Of a stretch of 64,000 nt of DNA, positions 1-8,775 are shown one piece after another (position 1 is the first letter of the stretch; each line of letters starts with the position of its first letter). The notes under the pieces were generated by a model, which searched no databases, had not been told where the DNA came from, and was given only the letters and a program-made list of their open reading frames with translations. Source of the stretch: an uncultured Planctomycetaceae bacterium (GTDB taxonomy: Bacteria; Planctomycetota; Phycisphaerae; SM23-33); the NCBI GenBank assembly GCA_964536835.1, contig CAZIAZ010000001.1, positions 49,525 through 113,524 of the forward strand, read 5' to 3'. A program made the position numbers and the translations under genes.

Positions 1-476
1 TGGCGTTTACGATACGCAACGGAGAAATAAGCAAAAGCGGACCGACAGCGAAAAATTACTGCGAAAAACTGCTGCTCACCGGCGAAGGCCAATATACGCC
101 GACCCATTTTCACTGGTCGAAGATGGAAGACATCATCAATCGCGGCGGCGGCAAACTGGAGATACAATTCTGGAACGCCAACCCGAAAACCGAAGAAATC
201 GACACGGTTTCCGACGTGACGGTCAGCGTTGACGGCATCGTCAGAACAATACCGGCTGGCGGGAAAATACTCCTGTCGCCTGGAGAATCCGTGACCATTC
301 AGCCGTATCTCTATCACAATTTCTGTGCAGCGACAGGCACAGGCATGGTACTGGGCGGCGAAGTCTCGCGCGTAAATGACGACTCGAACGATAATCGCTT
401 TAATCCCAAGCTGCCGCGGTTTTCGGCTATCGAAGAAGACCAGCCTAAAAAATACCTGCTGTGCAACGAGTATTAA
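1..476 (+). CDS. D-lyxose/D-mannose ketol-isomerase (cupin fold), 5'-truncated at window edge
   Basis: The frame is open from the window start, so the ORF listed at 123 continues upstream. Translation ...NYCEKLLLTGEGQYTPTHFHWSKMEDIINRGGG...LYHNF...SRVNDDSNDNRF...LLCNEY matches the conserved metal-binding HFHW block and the C-terminal LCNEY end of characterised D-lyxose isomerases. Confidence 0.75.
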   Translation, partial: AFTIRNGEISKSGPTAKNYCEKLLLTGEGQYTPTHFHWSKMEDIINRGGGKLEIQFWNANPKTEEIDTVSDVTVSVDGIVRTIPAGGKILLSPGESVTIQPYLYHNFCAATGTGMVLGGEVSRVNDDSNDNRFNPKLPRFSAIEEDQPKKYLLCNEY

Positions 477-640
477 TTAACCCGTTTTATACACATATCT
501 TCCATTGCCATGAACGTTGGACATGTGTTTTGGAGTCGTTCCGGAAGGTCGGTTTTGTTGACTTAGTGGTGTTAATAGCCGAATTTTGTGAAATTCATGC
601 GGTTTTTGATATAAATTGCTGCCGAAACTGAAAATGCGGT

Positions 641-670
641 TTGCAAAAAGCCGGCTGCGGCTTATATAAT
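641..670 (+). promoter_or_regulatory. Putative sigma70-type promoter for pilM (-35 TTGCAA, 18-bp spacer, -10 TATAAT)
   Basis: TTGCAA at 641-646 and TATAAT at 665-670 are read directly. They lie about 50 bp upstream of the pilM ATG at 720. Prediction by consensus only. Confidence 0.35.
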
Positions 671-719
671 TACGCATAATGAAATAATTGGAAGCGAGGC
701 AAACTGCCGGAAAAATTAT

Positions 720-1784
720 ATGGCGGAAAAAAAACAGAAAAACGTATTGCCGATAGGCATAGATATCGGCACGGATATGATAAAAATCGCCCAACTGGTC
801 AGAAACGGCGATGGTTTCATGCTGCAAGCCTGTGCCGAAGCCGTCGTGCCCGCACATGTTCGCAATGACCCTCTGGCGCGGCTGGAGTTTTTTTCATCCG
901 CTATCCCGAAGGTGATAAGGGAGGGAAGTTTTTCGGGCAAAAAATGCGTTCTGTCCGTGCCGGCTGTCAATACGCTTGTACGACACGTCAAAGTGCCGAG
1001 GCTTGACCCGGCAGCCACCAGAACAGCCATCCTGAGAACCGCCCAGGATGAACTCTCCTATCCCGTTGCCGACGCGGTGGTTCAATATCTGCCGATAACC
1101 GAAATATACACCGAGGGCGAGCCGCGGCAGGAAATTCTTCTGATAGCTGTGCCGCGAACAACGGTTGAAGCATACATGACCATGGCTGGCCACGCGCACA
1201 TGGACGTGCTGGGCCTCAGCATAGAAGCGTTGGCCATCGCCGATTGTTTCGTGACGCTGTTTGACTGGGCGAAGGACGAGTCGCAGTCAAATCTCTTTCT
1301 CGACATCGGCCACGCTACGGCGCAGGTGGTTGTGACGCACGGGCCGAAGGTAGCGTTTGTGCGGAATCTTGAAAAAGGCATGACGCTGCTCGACGAGAGC
1401 ATATCCGACGCCATGAAAATTTCCGTCGAGGAGGCTCGCTCGGCAAGAACGCGTGCCACCGGACTGGATGCCTCCGGCGATGAATATATGAAAATCAAAC
1501 CTGTCCTGGAACCCTGGCTGGAGGGGCTGGCGGATGCGATAGACAAAAGCCTGTTATACTATCAGGCACTGTATCGAAAATCCGGCGTAAACAGGATAGT
1601 TTTTACGGGCGGCTTCGCCCAGGAAAGACGGTTATGTCAATTATTGGCCCAGCGGCTGAATCTGCCGGCGCAGGTAGGCGATCCGGTATCGGGTTTGGCT
1701 GGCGGCATGGAAAGGCTGATGGGCATGAAAACGCCGGCAAGCTCCATGGCAGTATGCTTCGGCCTTTCACTTGGTAATTTTTAG
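720..1784 (+). CDS. pilM: Type IV pilus assembly protein PilM (actin-like ATPase fold)
   Basis: The N-terminus has the GIDIGTDMIKIAQL sugar-kinase/actin-like phosphate-1 motif. It is about 350 aa and first in a pilMNOP-like series. Confidence 0.85.
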   Translation: MAEKKQKNVLPIGIDIGTDMIKIAQLVRNGDGFMLQACAEAVVPAHVRNDPLARLEFFSSAIPKVIREGSFSGKKCVLSVPAVNTLVRHVKVPRLDPAATRTAILRTAQDELSYPVADAVVQYLPITEIYTEGEPRQEILLIAVPRTTVEAYMTMAGHAHMDVLGLSIEALAIADCFVTLFDWAKDESQSNLFLDIGHATAQVVVTHGPKVAFVRNLEKGMTLLDESISDAMKISVEEARSARTRATGLDASGDEYMKIKPVLEPWLEGLADAIDKSLLYYQALYRKSGVNRIVFTGGFAQERRLCQLLAQRLNLPAQVGDPVSGLAGGMERLMGMKTPASSMAVCFGLSLGNF

Positions 1785-1950
1785 AGCATGCTCTGATATG
1801 TTGTTCGTAATTCTACGGTTTTTAGAAAAGTTGCCTGATAAAAGAATATTTTTTTGAGAACCGCGGTAAGCCATAGATGAAAGTATCCGCCGTCAGACGG
1901 ATATGCGAAAGGTTTGATAAATATGATGCTACGGGTTTTAGCCCGTAAAG
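1783..1950. repeat. Hairpin-rich modular intergenic repeat, inverted copy, between pilM and pilN
   Basis: The reverse complement of 1840-1950 aligns nearly base-for-base with 16790-16880 (tacgggYtaaaacccgtagcatcata...ccgYctSacggcggatactttcatcta). The segment aaaaaccgtagaattacgaa is shared with 16871-16890. The gagaaccgc module is also shared. Confidence 0.7.
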
Positions 1951-2046
1951 ATTTGTTTTTTATGCTGATTATGGCTGTTTGTAGCGTTGGGCTGGCCATA
2001 AATAAAATAGCCCGATTTGAAGACATTAATCACTGGCGGTACCGGA

Positions 2047-2799
2047 ATGAACCAGATAAACCTGTTACCCGAAGAGTTCATCAAAGAACGTTTCAGGCGA
2101 AGAATCGACCTGACGCTGGTTATCCTGTTTGCAATAGTGATGGTAAGCGTCATCATGGCTGAACGCCTGAGCAGCAGAAAATTCGACGCCGTCACGCAGA
2201 CGCAGACGAGAGAAGACGGCCAATTTGCACAGGTTGACAATTCGTCAAAAGATTTCTTTGCCCTGCTGACGAAACGCAGCGCTTATATCGGCGACGTCCA
2301 GAAGGCAAAGGCGCTTGAGCAGAAAGTGCCTCGCAGTTATCTTCTCGCCGTCATCAACAACGCATGCGGCGACGAACTTTCGCTGGAAAAAATCAACTGC
2401 AACATCTTCGAACAGGTGCAGGTGCAGCGAACCGGAAAAAGAGTCGTCATAACTTCTTCGACGGCTAATCCGACAAAACCGAAGGAAATGGATATAATAG
2501 ACATTTATGGCGTGGCGGCTTCTGACGGCGACGTTACTGACTTTGTTTCGCGGCTGAAGAGCAATCCGGTTTTTTCCGAAGTCAACCTGATACAGACCAA
2601 GGAATGGACGCCGATGAAAAAACCGTCCGACCAGCAACAGAAACTTTTTGAGCCCAATAGGGATTTCAGCGTAACCCTCAAAATCAATCCAAACGTGGAT
2701 GTGGAAGAACTCCTCAAAAAGCCGGCAGCCGCAAAGCCTCAGCCGCCCAAATCCGCCCCCAAAAGTGACGCAACTAAAAACAAGGGGGACGCGAAATGA
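2047..2799 (+). CDS. pilN: Type IV pilus assembly protein PilN
   Basis: It has the MNQINLLPEEF start typical of PilN (INLLP), one transmembrane segment, then a periplasmic domain. The listed ORF start at 2017 is an upstream alternative. The stop overlaps the pilO start (ATGA). Confidence 0.75.
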   Translation: MNQINLLPEEFIKERFRRRIDLTLVILFAIVMVSVIMAERLSSRKFDAVTQTQTREDGQFAQVDNSSKDFFALLTKRSAYIGDVQKAKALEQKVPRSYLLAVINNACGDELSLEKINCNIFEQVQVQRTGKRVVITSSTANPTKPKEMDIIDIYGVAASDGDVTDFVSRLKSNPVFSEVNLIQTKEWTPMKKPSDQQQKLFEPNRDFSVTLKINPNVDVEELLKKPAAAKPQPPKSAPKSDATKNKGDAK

Positions 2800-3380
2800 A
2801 AATAACCATAAGAGAAATTATATTTTTCGCATTGCTCTTCTGCCTGCCGCTTGCTACATATCTGCTGGTATTCAAGCCCCGCCAGGTCGCCGAACGGACT
2901 CTGAATGAAGACATATCCACCAAGCAGCAGATTCGCATGGAATTTGACCGGTATCGCATTATGGCGACGGAGAACCTCGAAGAAGACCTCGCCTCGCTGA
3001 TGTCGCTCAAGGATAAAGCCGCCGCCCGTCTGCCGCAGTCCGAAGACATGGGCCCCGTAATCGACGAATTGTCCAAAATCGCCAATGTAAACAAACTCAA
3101 AATAAGCAAAATGCAGAACGTCGCTCTTTCCGATAAGGAAAAACTGGAACTTGCGGATACATATTACGGCATTCAGCGGCTGGATGTGGAGCTGGAAGGC
3201 AATTATGTTGGTTTTTACAAATTTTTGACGGATATGGAAAAACAGCCCAGAATCATCCGCATACAGAATCTGGACATTCAGCGCATCAATGAAGGCGACC
3301 GCCAGGGTGACGTAAAAGTGCGAATGGATTTGCGTGTCTATTACGGCAAGGCTAAAGCAGACCAGGCGGTGAAAAAATGA
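2796..3380 (+). CDS. pilO: Type IV pilus assembly protein PilO
   Basis: N-terminal TM helix, then a coiled-coil region and an alpha/beta C-terminal domain, about 190 aa. Translationally coupled to pilN and to the next gene. Confidence 0.6.
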   Translation: MKITIREIIFFALLFCLPLATYLLVFKPRQVAERTLNEDISTKQQIRMEFDRYRIMATENLEEDLASLMSLKDKAAARLPQSEDMGPVIDELSKIANVNKLKISKMQNVALSDKEKLELADTYYGIQRLDVELEGNYVGFYKFLTDMEKQPRIIRIQNLDIQRINEGDRQGDVKVRMDLRVYYGKAKADQAVKK

Positions 3381-4015
3381 GCGAACCTGCAAATAACTTG
3401 TCGGAATACCAGGGTCCCGGGCCTGTCTCCAGAACGGAATCAGTAGAACTGCCGCCGATAGTGGACGCCGGCAAAAAGCATGACATAAAATACATACGCA
3501 GTACGCTGGTAATGTTGCTGATGTTCTGTGCCGGCCTTGGCTGGGTCTATTTTGAAGGCCGTCAGGGCATCAAAGCCGCCGGCCAGGATGCACGGCTGGT
3601 CACGGTAAAATCTGCTCTGGCTGCAATGCGGCCCAACGCTCTGAGCGGTGAAGACAGAAAGTTATCCAGAGAAAAACTCCTCTCGCCGCTGGAATTCATG
3701 CCCACGCAATGCCAGATACCTGCTACCCAACTGATATTCAATCCGTTTGAAATATATCTTTACCGCCAGGCTGTCCAGCAGGAGGCGTCAAAGCCCAAAG
3801 AATCCGAAAAAACCAAAGTGGTCGAGGAAAAAGCCCCGTCCGTCAAAAAAATGGTACTGGAATCGGTGCTTCTCGGCAGTCGGCCGGCGGCGATGATAAA
3901 CGGAAAAACCGTATATATCGGCCAGAAAGTAGGCGGCTGGACGTTGCAGGAAATCAAATACAACCGCGTCATTCTTCGCTGGAAAAACAGAACGCACGTC
4001 CTGAAAATGGAATGA
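3377..4015 (+). CDS. PilP-like pilus assembly protein (membrane-anchored)
   Basis: It sits where PilP is expected. One TM helix, a Pro/Lys-rich linker, and a C-terminal beta-domain (…INGKTVYIGQKVGGWTLQEIKYNRVILRW) resembling the PilP fold. Start overlaps the pilO stop and end overlaps the pilB start. Confidence 0.4.
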   Translation: MSEPANNLSEYQGPGPVSRTESVELPPIVDAGKKHDIKYIRSTLVMLLMFCAGLGWVYFEGRQGIKAAGQDARLVTVKSALAAMRPNALSGEDRKLSREKLLSPLEFMPTQCQIPATQLIFNPFEIYLYRQAVQQEASKPKESEKTKVVEEKAPSVKKMVLESVLLGSRPAAMINGKTVYIGQKVGGWTLQEIKYNRVILRWKNRTHVLKME

Positions 4016-5787
4016 GAATGGAAGATAATAATAAAGAATCAAAATCCGATAAGATATACGGGCTGGAAAATTTGTGGTCGCCGGACGAATCCGCCAACAG
4101 GTCTGTCGGGCCGGAACGGATTTTACTTGAAAAGGGCCGCATAACTCCCGGCCAGCTTGAACAGGCCAGGCAGCGACAACAGGATGACCCGCGGCTGAGC
4201 CTGATGGAAGCGCTTGTCAGAATAAACGCCGTCTCCTCCGAAGAAACGCTCGAAGCCATCGCCGAATATTTCCGTCTGCCGTTTCGTCGCGTGAATTACG
4301 CCGACGTTCAGAAAAAAGCGTTCAACGTTCTGCCTGTGGAATATCTCCGCGCAAAAAAAGTCCTTCCAATCGAATTCTATAACGACGGCATAGTGATAGC
4401 GATTTCCGACCCTGCCGATATTTTTCTTGTGGACGATTTCCGCCGGCGGCTTAACATGAAGGTTGAACTTGTCGTTACGCCGGTCACTGACATTCGGACC
4501 GCTATCGACGAACTTTCAGCCGGGCCGGGTCAGAAAGTCGACGACATAGTGGCTGACTTCGACGACAGCAGCGTCGAGGTCGTCGAGGAAAGCGAAGAAG
4601 AATTTGAAGACCTCGAAAAAATCGCCGGCGAAAGTCCTGTCATACGATACGTCAACTACGTCATATCGTCCGCCGTCGGCGAAGGCGCCAGCGACATTCA
4701 CATCGAACCAGGCGAAAAGACATTGAAAGTCCGATTCCGCATGGACGGCATACTGTTCGATCAGCCGTCGCCGCCGCTGAGCATGCATGCAGCAATCATT
4801 TCGCGTCTGAAAATCATGGCGAACCTCGACATCGCCGAACGCCGCCTGCCGCAGGACGGCAGAATCCGTGCTACGGTCAAACGTCGCAATATCGACCTTC
4901 GCGTAAGCATACTGCCGACGGTACACGGCGAAAAATGCGTCATTCGTCTGCTCGATAATCGTTCGATAAGCGTAGGCCTGGAAAATCTGGGATTTTCTTC
5001 GGAAACGCTGACGCTCTTTAAAAACCAGATACTTCAGCCGCACGGCGTTGTGCTTGTAACGGGACCGACCGGCAGCGGCAAAAGTACGACGCTCTATTCC
5101 GCGCTTCAGATAATGGACAGGGAACGGATGAACATCTCCACCGTTGAAGACCCGGTGGAATATGAACTCGGCGGGATAAACCAGGTTAACGTCATCGACT
5201 CGATAGGCATGTCGTTTGCCGCCGCGCTTAGAAGCCTTCTGCGACAGGACCCTGATGTTATAATGGTCGGCGAAATTCGTGACCCTGAAACGGCCCGCAT
5301 AGCGGTGCAGGCCGCGTTGACCGGCCACCTGGTGCTTTCGACTCTCCATACCAACGACGCACCTTCAAGCGTGACGCGACTGATAAACATCGGCGTTGAG
5401 CCGTTTCTGATTTCGGCATCGGTCAACGCCATTCTGGCACAGCGGCTTGTGCGAAGAATCTGCCCGAACTGCAAGGTCGAAGTGCCTCAGAACAACGTGC
5501 GGGAAGGTGAATATCTGCGTCGAAACGGCATAGAGGACATGACGCTCTTTCGCGGCGAAGGATGCGAGCAATGCAGGCATACGGGTTATAAAGGTAGGGT
5601 CGGCATTTACGAGCTTCTGGTTATTGACGATGTTATACGCACGATGATACCGCAGAATCCATCCGTGACCGAATTGACCAAACTGGCCATTGAGCACGGC
5701 ATGATAAGCCTTAAAATGGACGGCCTTAACAAGGTCGCCAAAGGCCTTACGACTGTTGAAGAAATAATGCGAGTTACCGAATCCTGA
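4012..5787 (+). CDS. pilB: Type IV pilus assembly ATPase PilB (GspE family)
   Basis: N-terminal GspE_N-like domain, Walker A GPTGSGKST, Asp box, His box, and a tetracysteine CPNC…CEQC motif. Confidence 0.9.
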   Translation: MRMEDNNKESKSDKIYGLENLWSPDESANRSVGPERILLEKGRITPGQLEQARQRQQDDPRLSLMEALVRINAVSSEETLEAIAEYFRLPFRRVNYADVQKKAFNVLPVEYLRAKKVLPIEFYNDGIVIAISDPADIFLVDDFRRRLNMKVELVVTPVTDIRTAIDELSAGPGQKVDDIVADFDDSSVEVVEESEEEFEDLEKIAGESPVIRYVNYVISSAVGEGASDIHIEPGEKTLKVRFRMDGILFDQPSPPLSMHAAIISRLKIMANLDIAERRLPQDGRIRATVKRRNIDLRVSILPTVHGEKCVIRLLDNRSISVGLENLGFSSETLTLFKNQILQPHGVVLVTGPTGSGKSTTLYSALQIMDRERMNISTVEDPVEYELGGINQVNVIDSIGMSFAAALRSLLRQDPDVIMVGEIRDPETARIAVQAALTGHLVLSTLHTNDAPSSVTRLINIGVEPFLISASVNAILAQRLVRRICPNCKVEVPQNNVREGEYLRRNGIEDMTLFRGEGCEQCRHTGYKGRVGIYELLVIDDVIRTMIPQNPSVTELTKLAIEHGMISLKMDGLNKVAKGLTTVEEIMRVTES

Positions 5788-5809
5788 TACGTCGGAGATT
5801 TTCTGTCAA

Positions 5810-6871
5810 ATGGAAATACATGAACTTCTTAGAACTGCGTTGACGTCTAGTGCGAGCGACGTGCATCTAGTCCCTGGCCAGCCGCCTATAATGCGCGTAC
5901 ATACCATGCTCGAACCGATACCGGGTTATGACGTATTTACAAAAGACGTTGCTGAAGAACTGATTAAAACTCTCGTCGAGCCGGCCAGAATGGAACGTCT
6001 GAAAAATCATCTCGACCTCGATTTCGGCCTTGAGTCGCCCGGCAATGGCCGTTTTCGCGTCAACGCCCATTACCAGAAAAACGGCTTGGGTTTCGCATTT
6101 CGTGCCATTCCGCAAAAGGTGCCGGCGCTGGCAGACCTGAACCTGCCGGCCGGCGTGCAGGAATTCGTCAAATATCCCAGGGGTCTGGTACTCGTAACGG
6201 GCGCGACGGGAAGCGGCAAAAGTACGACTCTGGCGTCAATGATAAACGCCATGAACCAGTCCATCAACAGGCATATCATAACGCTGGAAGACCCGATAGA
6301 ATATGAACTGGTAAGCAAAACATGTCTTATCGAGCAGCGTGAAGTCGGCCAGGACGTGGAAAGTTTCGCAAGCGGGCTCAAACATGCCCTGCGTCAGGAT
6401 CCGGACGTCATTCTCGTCGGTGAAATGCGCGACCTTGAAACCACGTCAGCCGCCATAACCGCCGCCGAAACCGGCCACCTGGTGCTTTCGACCCTGCATA
6501 CGCAAAGTGCGCATCAGACGCTGGCACGTATAATCGACATCTATCCGCCGGCACAGCAGAATCAGATACGCAGCATGCTGGCAACGACTCTGCGGGCAGT
6601 CGTTACGCAGACGCTTTTCAGACGTCACGACATAAAAGGCATGGCGCCAGCCTGCGAAATAATGGTATGTACGTCGGCAATAGCGAATTGCATTCGTGAA
6701 AACCGCCTGCATGAAATTCCGAACATCATTGAAACAAGCCGCCAACAGGGCATGCAACTGCTGGATGATTCCATCAAGGGCCTCGTACTCAACGGCCTCA
6801 TTTCACCCAAAGAAGCACTTACGAAGGCGAATCATCCTGAAACACTCAAGCAGGCTCTGGGGCTGGTGTAA
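5810..6871 (+). CDS. pilT: Twitching-motility retraction ATPase PilT
   Basis: About 350 aa with Walker A GATGSGKST, a PilT N-terminal region (SDVHLVPGQPPIMRV) and an AIANCIRE-type C-terminal motif. Confidence 0.9.
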   Translation: MEIHELLRTALTSSASDVHLVPGQPPIMRVHTMLEPIPGYDVFTKDVAEELIKTLVEPARMERLKNHLDLDFGLESPGNGRFRVNAHYQKNGLGFAFRAIPQKVPALADLNLPAGVQEFVKYPRGLVLVTGATGSGKSTTLASMINAMNQSINRHIITLEDPIEYELVSKTCLIEQREVGQDVESFASGLKHALRQDPDVILVGEMRDLETTSAAITAAETGHLVLSTLHTQSAHQTLARIIDIYPPAQQNQIRSMLATTLRAVVTQTLFRRHDIKGMAPACEIMVCTSAIANCIRENRLHEIPNIIETSRQQGMQLLDDSIKGLVLNGLISPKEALTKANHPETLKQALGLV

Positions 6872-6891
6872 GAAAAAAGCTGTAAAAGAAC

Positions 6892-8115
6892 ATGGCCAAA
6901 TTCAAATACGAAATTCAGAAAGCCAACCAGCAGATAGTCACCGGTATAGTTGAAGGCGCCTCCATTATGGAGGCGTCGGCAAAGGTTCGTCAGTTGGGCG
7001 GGTATCTTGTAAAAATCGAGCCGGCGATGAGTGCCGCCAGCGTAATCGACAAAATGCGCAATATTCGCATAGAGTCGCTTCCCAGCCACAAGGACATAAT
7101 GGGTCTGACGAAACAGCTGGCGGTCATGGTTCGCGCAGGCATAAGTATACGAGATGCACTGGAAGGCATCGCCGAGCAGCAGAAAAATCTGCGATTTCGC
7201 GACATACTCCGGCAATGCCGGGCTGATGTGGAATCCGGCAACCAGTTTTCAGATGCAATCGCAAAAAACCCCAAAGTTTTCTCGCTCATGTACGTGAACA
7301 TGGTGCGCGCATCCGAAATGTCCGGCACTTTTGCAAAAATGCTCGACCGCATAGGAAAATATCTCGAAGAACAGCACGAAACGAGAAGTATGGTGCGAGG
7401 CGCGATGATATATCCGGCGGTTCTCTTTTGTATGTCCGTCGGCGCAGTCATCTTTCTGCTTACGTGGGTTCTGCCGCGATTTATGGGTGTATTCAGGGGC
7501 AAGGAGCAGCTTTTGCCGAAGCCCACTAAAATGCTCATGGCGATGAGCAACTTCATGATTGCACATTGGCCGATAATACTGGTCGGCGCAGTCGTATTTA
7601 TCGTATTTATAATAGCCCTCAACAAAACGAAAAAAGGAAGACGATTTCTGGATCTTCTCAAGCTCAAAGTACCCATTCTGTCCAAAATGTTCCGTGCTAT
7701 TTATATCGCCCGCAGCCTTCAGACTATGGGTGAACTGGTTTTAGCCGGCGTACCGATGCTGGAAGTACTTCAGATAACATCCGACATTGCGGGAAACGGG
7801 TATTACTACGACATGTGGCAGAAAGTTAAAAACTCGGTAAAGGAGGGCAATAAAATAGTCACCGAACTTAACAACAGTCCGTTGCTGCCGCAGAGTGTCG
7901 TACAGATGATAGGCTCAGGCGAGGATTCCGGCCGTCTGGGTGAAGTTCTGGAAGACGTTTCCGAATTTTACGCAAAAGAACTCAGAGATACAATCAAGGC
8001 GGTTACCGCACTGCTTGAACCGTTGATGATAGTTTTTATGGGCTTTGTCGTAGGCTTTATCGCCATGAGCATCATCCTGCCGGTATTCAAGATGTCTAGC
8101 CTGGCCGGCAAATGA
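6892..8115 (+). CDS. pilC: Type IV pilus inner-membrane platform protein PilC (GspF family)
   Basis: 407 aa with two GspF repeats, each with TM helices. Follows pilB and pilT. Confidence 0.9.
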   Translation: MAKFKYEIQKANQQIVTGIVEGASIMEASAKVRQLGGYLVKIEPAMSAASVIDKMRNIRIESLPSHKDIMGLTKQLAVMVRAGISIRDALEGIAEQQKNLRFRDILRQCRADVESGNQFSDAIAKNPKVFSLMYVNMVRASEMSGTFAKMLDRIGKYLEEQHETRSMVRGAMIYPAVLFCMSVGAVIFLLTWVLPRFMGVFRGKEQLLPKPTKMLMAMSNFMIAHWPIILVGAVVFIVFIIALNKTKKGRRFLDLLKLKVPILSKMFRAIYIARSLQTMGELVLAGVPMLEVLQITSDIAGNGYYYDMWQKVKNSVKEGNKIVTELNNSPLLPQSVVQMIGSGEDSGRLGEVLEDVSEFYAKELRDTIKAVTALLEPLMIVFMGFVVGFIAMSIILPVFKMSSLAGK

Positions 8116-8222
8116 CAAAAGCCCCATAACCGATTATTTTCGCAAAGATTAACGCCCCGTATTGACGCCTGATTTTGAGCAGGAATCTGTTGCATATTGC
8201 CGGATTATATGTAATACTTAAG

Positions 8223-8374
8223 GCAGTTCTTGAAAAAATGTTCCATTTGGCCTTGCTGTAAGGTTTTTCGACTACGCCCGTCTGCATCGGAAACCATATA
8301 AGGTTGCCTGCTTCGACGTCCTTGTCAGAAAACCTTTAGCTGGCGTCAAAAAAGAAAAAACTTTCAAGAACTGC
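8223..8374. repeat. MITE-like palindromic intergenic element with a conserved 34-nt core
   Basis: 13-bp terminal inverted repeats gcagttcttgaaa (8223-8235) and tttcaagaactgc (8362-8374) flank the core ctgcatcggaaaccatataaggttgcctgcttcg (8283-8316). That core is identical to 27160-27193. Confidence 0.65.
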
Positions 8375-8405
8375 TCTAGCGAAGGTAAAGGAAGGAATTC
8401 AGAAT

Positions 8406-8744
8406 ATGGATTTGAACGTAGAAAAAAAGGACGGAGTGGCGATAGTGACTCTTTTGGGAAGTCATCTTGACGCCAGCAATCATGAATTGTTCATGCAGGA
8501 CATAACACCCGTCATCGAAGAAAATCCTAATCTGCTGCTCGATATCGGAGAATTACAGGCATTGGACAGTTCCGGCCTGGGGGCGTTTGCGTATTGTATG
8601 CGAACGGCGCGCGACGCCGGCGGCAGATTGACGATATGTCGTCCTTCGCCGCGGGTTCTGGTTACATTCGAACTGGTGCACATAGACAGAATCATCGGCG
8701 TATACGACACGCGGGATGCCGCCGTGGATTCATACAAAAAATAA
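8406..8744 (+). CDS. STAS-domain anti-sigma-factor antagonist (SpoIIAA-like)
   Basis: 112 aa. The LDxSxxxxIDSSGLG block carries the conserved phosphorylatable Ser context. Confidence 0.8.
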   Translation: MDLNVEKKDGVAIVTLLGSHLDASNHELFMQDITPVIEENPNLLLDIGELQALDSSGLGAFAYCMRTARDAGGRLTICRPSPRVLVTFELVHIDRIIGVYDTRDAAVDSYKK

Positions 8745-8775
8745 CCGGCGTAAGCTCCCGTTTGAATTTGAAAAA

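Noticed and set aside
2017-2046. Upstream start of pilN giving MKTLITGGTGM extension
   Set aside because: The conserved PilN N-terminus begins at MNQINLLP, so the downstream Met was preferred. The upstream start remains possible.
4516-5349. 277-aa ORF on the minus strand
   Set aside because: Inside pilB on the opposite strand.
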